DNA of 62,436 nucleotides from a bacterium (GTDB lineage Bacteria; Patescibacteriota; Minisyncoccia; Phycocordibacterales; UBA5272): NCBI GenBank assembly GCA_023267555.1, contig JAHFMZ010000001.1, positions 1 to 62,436 of the forward strand, read 5' to 3'. Shown piece by piece: positions 56,407 to 62,436 of this stretch (position 1 is its first letter; each line of letters starts with the position of its first letter). The notes under the pieces were generated by a model. It saw only the letters and a program-made list of their open reading frames with translations, ran no database searches and was not told where the DNA came from. The position numbers and the translations under genes were made by a program.

Positions 56407-56871
56407 TTATGGATTTACGACCAGTGTTCCTACCATACCTTTATCTCTATGACTGTCTACTGAACAATAATATTGGAAGGATCCAGATTTATTAGCAGTA
56501 AATTGTATTACGCTTTGTTCACCTGCTTGTATATTCGGTGTGCTTATTCCGTAACCATCTATTGTTAAGTTGTGGAAACCATTTGCATTTTTGAAGGTTA
56601 TTTTAACCATATCTCCTTTATTAACTGTTAAAGTATTTGGAGAGAAAGAGAACGGAGTGCCTGTGACTGTGAATTCTCTTAGTACACCTTGTGAGGGTTG
56701 ATTATCAGTATTTCCATTTGTTGTAGATAATGGTTGATAATTTTTATCATTGTCTGTTCCATAGCTAGTCGTATTGGTTGGCTCTGTTGTAGGTGTGCTT
56801 GTGTAATAGAAGTATATTCCTCCAATAATTATAATTACAGCTATGATAATTACCCAGATTTTCTTGTTCAT
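56407..56871 (-). CDS. membrane-anchored cupredoxin (type 1 blue-copper) domain protein
   Basis: N-terminal TM helix. HNLTIDG and YCSVDSHRDKGM give the His and Cys-x4-His-x4-Met copper ligand pattern. Confidence 0.75.
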   Translation of the reverse strand: MNKKIWVIIIAVIIIIGGIYFYYTSTPTTEPTNTTSYGTDNDKNYQPLSTTNGNTDNQPSQGVLREFTVTGTPFSFSPNTLTVNKGDMVKITFKNANGFHNLTIDGYGISTPNIQAGEQSVIQFTANKSGSFQYYCSVDSHRDKGMVGTLVVNP

Positions 56872-56975
56872 ATATTTATTGTTTTATAGATTTATAATGT
56901 TTTAAAATCTCCTTAAAAAGCATTTTTTATGCTGTGTATATGTAGACGTACGTAAATAGATATTATTACAAATTT

Positions 56976-57086
56976 TGGCGGAGGGAGCGAGATTCGGTCA
57001 CAAAATCAGCTCCTTCGTCGCAGATGATTTTCCGACCCGTATTCGAATCTCGCCAGAAAGTGAAGCAGTTCACTTTCTTTCCCTAC
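56976..57086 (-). ncRNA. tRNA-trailing tRNA-mimic module (third Ser-type copy), ends in an encoded CCA
   Basis: Minus strand GTAGGGA, H1 AAAGTGAA-CTGC-TTCACTTT, GGCGAG-ATTCGAATACGGGTCG, the same H2 as the other Ser copies, then TGACC-GAAT-CTCGC-TCCCTCC-G-CCA. Confidence 0.6.
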
Positions 57087-57127
57087 GCTAAAAAATCGGC
57101 ATTGGAAATGCCTGATTTTTATATCAG

Positions 57128-57214
57128 CGGAGGGAGCGAGATTCGAACTCGCGGTTCCAATAAAGGAACGACGGTTTAGTAAACCGTTGATTTAAACCAC
57201 TCATCCATCCCTCC
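57128..57214 (-). tRNA. class II Ser-type tRNA with anticodon loop UUACUAA (anticodon ACU as read), no encoded CCA
   Basis: Minus strand acceptor GGAGGGA/TCCCTCC, G73, anticodon arm ACGGT-TTACTAA-ACCGT, variable arm GTTCC-TTTATT-GGAAC, T arm GCGAG-TTCGAAT-CTCGC. Confidence 0.7.
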
Positions 57215-57227
57215 GTATTATCAAAAG

Positions 57228-57236
57228 ATTCTAACA
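57228..57236 (-). promoter_or_regulatory. extended -10 (TGTTAGAAT) for the minus-strand Ser-type tRNA
   Basis: The minus strand reads TGTTAGAAT, 14 nt upstream of the tRNA 5' end. Confidence 0.4.
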
Positions 57237-57288
57237 TTTTTTATCAATTGGTCATAACTTTTTTAATTAGAAAATAAATAACAAAATG

Positions 57289-57297
57289 TGTTAGAAT
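57289..57297 (+). promoter_or_regulatory. extended -10 (TGTTAGAAT) for tRNA-Ser(GCU)
   Basis: The same 9-mer as its divergent partner, 40 nt upstream of the tRNA. Confidence 0.4.
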
Positions 57298-57337
57298 GTG
57301 ATGCATTCGGAGACTTGGATATAGTAAGTAAAAATAT

Positions 57338-57425
57338 GGAGACGTGGCTGAGCTGGTCGAAGGCACCTCACTGCTAACGAGGCAAGGGTTTACGCCCTTC
57401 GCGAGTTCGAATCTCGCCGTCTCCG
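57338..57425 (+). tRNA. tRNA-Ser (anticodon GCU), class II, no encoded CCA
   Basis: Acceptor GGAGACG/CGTCTCC, G73, anticodon loop CTGCTAA, variable arm AAGGG..CCCTT, T arm GCGAG-TTCGAAT-CTCGC. Confidence 0.85.
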
Positions 57426-57453
57426 CAAAATAATGAGCTTGCGAATATATTTT

Positions 57454-57561
57454 GCGAGACGGAGAAAGCCAACTGCTTGGCTTTCGTAGAGATTCGAATA
57501 CGGGTCGGAAAATCATCTGCGACGAAGGAGCTGATTTTGTGACCGAATCTCGCCGTCTCCG
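57454..57561 (+). ncRNA. tRNA-trailing tRNA-mimic module (Ser-GCU copy)
   Basis: Near-identical to 33190-33297, but the 3' segment reads GAAT-CTCGC-CGTCTCC-G and so matches the T stem of its own upstream tRNA. Confidence 0.6.
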
Positions 57562-57625
57562 CTTGAATAGAAAAAGAAAAAAATTTGGTAAATTTTAGCT
57601 CGATAAATATGCTATAATCCTTCAA

Positions 57626-58411
57626 ATGATTGAAGTAAAAAACTTAACTAAAAAATTTGATGACTTTGTGGCCGTTGATAATATTTCTTTTAAAGTAGAA
57701 AAAGGAGAGATTTTTGCATTTCTAGGTCCAAATGGGGCTGGTAAATCTACTACGATAAAAATGTTAACGACATTACTTCATCCAACTGAAGGAATATTAA
57801 GAGTGGATGGTCACAATCCAGTTACAGAATCAGATGAAGTTAGACGTTCATTTGGAATTGTTTTTCAAGATCCTAGTTTGGATGATGAGTTGACTGCTGT
57901 CGAAAATATGGAATTTCACGGAGTACTTTATGATGTGCCAGATAAATTACGAAAAGAAAGAATAGAACAACTTTTAAAATTTGTTGATTTATATGATAGA
58001 AAAGATAGCTTGGTTAAAGAATATTCTGGCGGGATGAAAAGACGTCTCGAAATAGCGAGAGGTTTGTTACATCATCCAAAAATAATATTTCTTGATGAGC
58101 CGACACTCGGACTTGATCCTCAAACCCGTAATCATATGTGGTCTTACATTCGTGACCTTAATAAAAATGAAAATACTACAATATTTTTTAGTACGCATTA
58201 TATGGAAGAGGCGGAACGTGTAGCCAATCGTGTAGCTATTATTGATAACGGAAAGATTGTTGCCATCGGAACTCCGGAAGAATTAAAAGAAAATACTAAG
58301 ACAAGTTCATTAGAAGATGCTTTTCTTGCTCTCACTGGAAATAAGATTAGAGAAGAAACAGGTGGTGTGGCCGAACAAATGAGAGTTATGAGACGAGCTT
58401 GGAAAAGATAA
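57626..58411 (+). CDS. ABC transporter ATP-binding protein (ABC-2 subfamily)
   Basis: Walker A GPNGAGKST, signature YSGGMKRRLE, Walker B IIFLDEPT. Confidence 0.88.
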   Translation: MIEVKNLTKKFDDFVAVDNISFKVEKGEIFAFLGPNGAGKSTTIKMLTTLLHPTEGILRVDGHNPVTESDEVRRSFGIVFQDPSLDDELTAVENMEFHGVLYDVPDKLRKERIEQLLKFVDLYDRKDSLVKEYSGGMKRRLEIARGLLHHPKIIFLDEPTLGLDPQTRNHMWSYIRDLNKNENTTIFFSTHYMEEAERVANRVAIIDNGKIVAIGTPEELKENTKTSSLEDAFLALTGNKIREETGGVAEQMRVMRRAWKR

Positions 58412-58414
58412 TAT

Positions 58415-59161
58415 ATGAAAAAAATTTACATACTTTGGTTAAGACAAATAAAAAGATATTTAAGAGCAAGATCTCGTATTATTGGATCACTTGCTCAACC
58501 TTTATTATTTTTATTGGCTCTCGGTTATGGTTTTGGATCTGTATATCAAGAAGCCGGTAAAGGTGATTATTTTAATTTTTTAGCACCAGGGGTTATTTCT
58601 ATGGGTATTTTATTTACCGCTATTTTTACAGGTATAGAAATTATTTGGGATAGACAGTTTGGTTTCTTGAAAGAAATTTTGGTTTCTCCAACTTCGAGAT
58701 TTAATATTATGATTGGAAGAACTTTGGGTGGTGCGACGATTGCAACATTGCAAGGTGTGCTTGTTATGTTGGTGGCTTTTATTTTTGGATTTCATTTAAC
58801 AAATTGGTGGAATATTATCCCAGGTATTTTAATGATGTTTTTAATTGCGACATTATTTACAGCACTTGGGACTATGGTCGGTTCTATGCTCGAAGATATG
58901 CAAGGTTTTCAACTTATAATGAATTTTCTTATTATGCCGATATTCTTTTTGTCTGGATCTTTATTCCCATTAGAAGGATTACCAAAAACTTTGTCTATTG
59001 TTACTCGTCTTGATCCACTTTCTTACGGAGTTGATGGTTTGAGAGATGTATTTTTAGGAACAGGTCATTATAATTTAAGTACAAATATTCTTATTCTTGT
59101 TGGTATAACTATGCTTTTCTTGTGGCTCGGTAGCTATTTCTTTAAAAAGATAGAGATTTAA
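58415..59161 (+). CDS. ABC-2 type transporter permease
   Basis: Six hydrophobic segments, directly downstream of the ATPase gene. Confidence 0.8.
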   Translation: MKKIYILWLRQIKRYLRARSRIIGSLAQPLLFLLALGYGFGSVYQEAGKGDYFNFLAPGVISMGILFTAIFTGIEIIWDRQFGFLKEILVSPTSRFNIMIGRTLGGATIATLQGVLVMLVAFIFGFHLTNWWNIIPGILMMFLIATLFTALGTMVGSMLEDMQGFQLIMNFLIMPIFFLSGSLFPLEGLPKTLSIVTRLDPLSYGVDGLRDVFLGTGHYNLSTNILILVGITMLFLWLGSYFFKKIEI

Positions 59162-59258
59162 GGGTTATTTTTGAAATAAAATATATCGCGATTTCGTATT
59201 AATGTGTGTAACCTTAATAGGTTTTATTTTATGATATAATCTATTTTGTATACTATTT

Positions 59259-59897
59259 ATGAAAAAATTTGTTGTTTCAATCTGTTTTATTTTCGGTTTT
59301 ATAGTAAATGCTTTTTACCAGCGTAATATTAATGCGGATGCTGTTTCTGTTGGACAAGGACTTACGTCATTAACATCAACAGAAGGAATGTTTGAAAACG
59401 CTCGTGAGACAGCTTCTGATGAAACTGATGCCGAAAATGCTGCAGAGAAGATTGTAAGGAATAATCCAACATCAGTTGTTAAAGAAATTTCTATAATAAA
59501 TACCAAAACTCCTACCTCTACGCCAACTCCTGTGCCAAAACCTATCACCACTACAATTCCTACTCCAACGCCGACGCCAACTCCCACTCCTACCCCAGTT
59601 GTTCCTCAAGGGAAATTTCGTAATGGTACATATACAGGAAGTGCAGCAGATGCTTCTTATGGAATTGTTCAAGTACAAGCGATAATCACTAATGGAAAAC
59701 TTTCTGATGTGAAGTTTTTGAGTTATCCAAATGATAGACAGCATTCTATACAGGTAAGTAATTATTCTATGCCGATTTTGAAGCAAGAAGCTATCACTGC
59801 TCAAAGTGAAAAGGTTGATACGGTTTCGGGAGCTTCATATACGAGTGCTGCTTTCGTAGAATCTCTTGGAGTAGCACTTTCTCAGGCCAAAGTTTAG
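59259..59897 (+). CDS. secreted/anchored FMN-binding domain protein (NqrC/RnfG-type FMN_bind) with a Thr-Pro linker
   Basis: Signal-like N-terminus, (PT)n linker, and a C-terminal domain with the flavinylation-type motif DTVSGASYTS (59817-59837). Confidence 0.75.
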   Translation: MKKFVVSICFIFGFIVNAFYQRNINADAVSVGQGLTSLTSTEGMFENARETASDETDAENAAEKIVRNNPTSVVKEISIINTKTPTSTPTPVPKPITTTIPTPTPTPTPTPTPVVPQGKFRNGTYTGSAADASYGIVQVQAIITNGKLSDVKFLSYPNDRQHSIQVSNYSMPILKQEAITAQSEKVDTVSGASYTSAAFVESLGVALSQAKV

Positions 59898-59900
59898 TTT

Positions 59901-60647
59901 ATGAAGGAAACTAGAATTATTATGGGTATGCCTGTTGTACTTGAAGTCCTCGATGAAACTATAAATCAAGAAATTTTAAATGAAATATTTGATTACTTCG
60001 TTTATATCGATGAGAAATTTAGTACTTATAAAAGTACGAGTGAAATAAGTGCGATTAATCGGGGAGAAATTGATGCTAGTCATTATAGTGAAGATATGAA
60101 AAAAGTTTTTGATTTGTCCGAAGAAACAAAAAAAATTACAAAAGGTTATTTTGATATTCATAAAAAAGATGGAAGTTATGATACCTCTGGTATGGTCAAG
60201 GGTTGGGCTATTTTTAATGCGGCCAAAATGTTGAAGGATAAAGGTATGGAAAATTTTTGTGTAGAAATCGCAGGAGATATACAAGTATCAGGATTAAATA
60301 AACAAGGAGAAGCTTGGAAAGTTGGCATACAAAATCCTTTTAATAAAAAACAAGAATCAGTCAAAACTTTATATATAAAAGACAAAGGAGTGGCTACTTC
60401 GGGTACATATGTGAGGGGTAATCATATATATAATCCTAAAGATAATGGTACAATTATGAAAGATATAGTTAGTATGACAGTTATTGGTCCAAATATTTAT
60501 GAGGCTGATAGATTTGCCACAGCAGCATTTGCAATGGGCAAAGAGGGTATTAAGTTTATAGAAAGTTTGGAAGGTTTTGAAGGTTATATGATAGATGTTA
60601 ATGGTGTTGCCACGATGACTTCCAAATTTGACGAGCTTCTTTGTTGA
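59901..60647 (+). CDS. apbE: FAD:protein FMN transferase (ApbE family), short form
   Basis: IMGMPVVLEV, GMVKGWA, GVATSGTYVRG. Confidence 0.75.
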   Translation: MKETRIIMGMPVVLEVLDETINQEILNEIFDYFVYIDEKFSTYKSTSEISAINRGEIDASHYSEDMKKVFDLSEETKKITKGYFDIHKKDGSYDTSGMVKGWAIFNAAKMLKDKGMENFCVEIAGDIQVSGLNKQGEAWKVGIQNPFNKKQESVKTLYIKDKGVATSGTYVRGNHIYNPKDNGTIMKDIVSMTVIGPNIYEADRFATAAFAMGKEGIKFIESLEGFEGYMIDVNGVATMTSKFDELLC

Positions 60648-60687
60648 AACATCATTTTTGTCAGTCATTAATACACTAAATAAAAAT

Positions 60688-62220
60688 ATGAAATTTATTG
60701 ATAACTATTTAAATAAAGTAACGATGTATCGTTTGGTTTTATATGCTTTGGTTTTTTTGGTGGCAGCAGCTATTCCACTTAGTGTTTTCCATAAAGTTCC
60801 ATTTTCTACTACAGATTTATTGTATTCTATTATTTCCGTTTTTGTTGTCTCTTATGTGACTAATAAAGTTTTTGCTTGGGCATTTGATGCACCAATAAAT
60901 GTGGAGTCAATGTATATTTCGGCATTGATTTTGATTTTGATTGTGACTCCAACTACAACCAGTGACCCAGCTTCATATTTGTCATTCGTTTGCTGGGTAT
61001 CAGCTCTTTCAATGGCATCCAAATATCTTTTGGCCATAGGTAAAAAACATATTTTTAATCCAGTAGCTATTGCTTTGGTATTCACGGCTTATACCATAAA
61101 TGAATCAGCAAGTTGGTGGGTGGGTACAGTTTATATGGCACCGCTTGTGGCTATTGTTGGATTTTTGGTTGTCAGAAAAATACGTCGAGCAGATTTGGTG
61201 TTAAGTTTTATTTTTGTGGCACTCCTAGCAATTATTATTCCTAGTATTTTGAAAGGTGGCTCTATTTCACCTTTTGAAAATGTTTATAGGACAATATTTC
61301 AATCGCCAGTTTTATTTTTGGCTATATTTATGTTGACCGAACCACTCACCACACCGCCAACACGAATTATGCGCATAGTGTATGGCTCATTGGTGGGGGT
61401 TTTTTTTATACCTACACTTCATATTGGTTCAATATATCTTACTCCAGAACTAGCTTTAGTATTAGGTAATATATTTTCTTATTTAGTTAGTCCAAAAGAA
61501 AAACTATTTTTGAAATTAAAAGAAAAAGTAAATATTGCGCTTGATACTTATGAATTTGGTTTTACTACAGATAAAAAACTTTCTTTTTTGCCGGGGCAAT
61601 ATTTGGAATGGACATTAACACACAGAGATCCAGATAGTAGAGGAAATAGAAGATATTTTACACTGGCTTCATCACCAACAGAAGATATATTAAAACTCGG
61701 TGTTAAATTTTATCCAGAATTAAGTAGCTTCAAAAATAAAATGCTCTTTTTGAAGAAAGATGATGTAATTGTTGCTTCTCAATGCGCTGGTGAATTTGTT
61801 TTGCCAAAAGATATAAATAAAAAATTAGTTTTTATTGCTGGTGGTATTGGTGTCACGCCTTTTAGAAGTATGATTAAATATTGTATTGATACAAATGAAA
61901 AACGCGATATTGTAATGTTGTATTCAAACAAAACAACAGAAGATATTGCTTATAAAAATATTTTTGATGAAGCAGAGACTAAACTTGGTATAAAAACTGT
62001 GTATGCTGTAACTGATAAAGGACAAACATTAGATAACCCAAATATGAAATCTGGTTTTATTGATGCAAATCTCATAACAAAAGAAGTACCTGATTATAAA
62101 GAAAGAATGTTTTATATTTCTGGACCACATTCAATGGTTACTATGTTTGAAAAAATATTAGCTGAGATGGGTATTCCAAAAAAGCAGATCAAAGTTGATT
62201 TCTTTCCTGGTTTTGCTTAA
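60688..62220 (+). CDS. fusion protein: RnfD/NqrB-like membrane domain plus a C-terminal FNR-type FAD/NAD(P)H oxidoreductase domain
   Basis: Multi-TM N-terminal half with FMLTEPLTTPPT (compare RnfD/NqrB ..TDP.T.P). The C-terminal half has RRYFTLASSP (RxYS-type FAD site) and FIAGGIGVTPFRSM (NAD(P)H site). The ATG at 60688 is preferred. Confidence 0.65.
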   Translation: MKFIDNYLNKVTMYRLVLYALVFLVAAAIPLSVFHKVPFSTTDLLYSIISVFVVSYVTNKVFAWAFDAPINVESMYISALILILIVTPTTTSDPASYLSFVCWVSALSMASKYLLAIGKKHIFNPVAIALVFTAYTINESASWWVGTVYMAPLVAIVGFLVVRKIRRADLVLSFIFVALLAIIIPSILKGGSISPFENVYRTIFQSPVLFLAIFMLTEPLTTPPTRIMRIVYGSLVGVFFIPTLHIGSIYLTPELALVLGNIFSYLVSPKEKLFLKLKEKVNIALDTYEFGFTTDKKLSFLPGQYLEWTLTHRDPDSRGNRRYFTLASSPTEDILKLGVKFYPELSSFKNKMLFLKKDDVIVASQCAGEFVLPKDINKKLVFIAGGIGVTPFRSMIKYCIDTNEKRDIVMLYSNKTTEDIAYKNIFDEAETKLGIKTVYAVTDKGQTLDNPNMKSGFIDANLITKEVPDYKERMFYISGPHSMVTMFEKILAEMGIPKKQIKVDFFPGFA

Positions 62221-62318
62221 TTAACAAGTTTAAGCTTTGTTTCAAATTATATATTGGTTATACTCGTATTAGGACGATACAATTCGCCGATTAAATGTTT
62301 ATCAATATTAAAATACAT

Positions 62319-62436
62319 ATGAAAAAATTATACATAATAACAGCTTTCACACTTGCAAGTATGACTTTTGTAAGTGCCGAGACTGAAATAAAAGATCAAC
62401 AAGTGGAAGTTAGACCAAATATGATGCTTAAAGTTT
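62319..62436 (+). CDS. secreted protein, 5' partial (continues beyond the window)
   Basis: MKKLYIITAFTLASMTFVSAETEIK.. has a signal-peptide-like start. The reading frame is open to the window end. Confidence 0.45.
   Translation, partial: MKKLYIITAFTLASMTFVSAETEIKDQQVEVRPNMMLKV

Noticed and set aside
59520-59610. Tandem CCAAC(G/T)CC-type nucleotide repeat as a possible CRISPR array or satellite
   Set aside because: It is the coding sequence of a (Pro-Thr)n linker in the FMN-binding protein. It has no spacers and no repeat-spacer periodicity. No CRISPR array was seen anywhere in the window.

Overview
AT-rich bacterial chromosomal segment made up almost entirely of housekeeping genes. Several core proteins are shortened (EF-Ts, PheS, ThrRS, ValRS), the 23S rRNA is interrupted, and there are many small secreted or membrane proteins of unknown function. 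From this I infer a reduced-genome lineage of the Patescibacteria/CPR type; this is inference, not a database result.

Gene order:
- tail of an rRNA operon: 23S 3' part with an ORF-less group I intron, two tRNA-shaped elements, 5S
- SEDS protein and a glycan-synthesis locus
- rplY
- four secreted/membrane proteins of unknown function plus a lytic transglycosylase
- rpmE, prfA, rpsB, tsf
- tRNA-Thr
- GT2 synthase, pheS, pheT, a C39-like peptidase, murC, murD
- gyrB, thrS, lemA, htpX
- tRNA-Ser
- trmH-like gene, tag, M3 peptidase, typA
- rnpB
- murJ, lepA
- tRNA-Gly, tRNA-Arg and tRNA-Phe
- hsp20, valS, a SET-domain protein, secA, a murF-like gene
- tRNA-Glu
- cupredoxin
- two more Ser-type tRNAs
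- ABC-2 transporter
- a flavin (FMN-bind / ApbE / RnfD-FNR) cluster

No CRISPR array, integrase, transposase or recognisable defence genes were seen.

The most unusual signals are RNA or repeat level:
1. A conserved ~110-nt structured module follows four tRNA genes, with a fifth divergent copy. Each copy reproduces the acceptor and T-stem strands of the tRNA just upstream, and its helices covary.
2. A family of ~125-nt imperfect palindromes starts at or within about 10 nt of the stop codons of plus-strand genes. It has conserved unpaired motifs and compensatory helix changes.
3. Two tRNA-shaped elements with non-canonical anticodon arms sit between 23S and 5S.

Protein-level oddities:
- an NlpC/P60-like catalytic domain inserted in PheT
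- a minimal Rnf/Nqr-like flavin module
- a SET methyltransferase near a tiny Lys/Ala-rich peptide

All RNA folds and boundaries were worked out by eye and may be off by a few nt.
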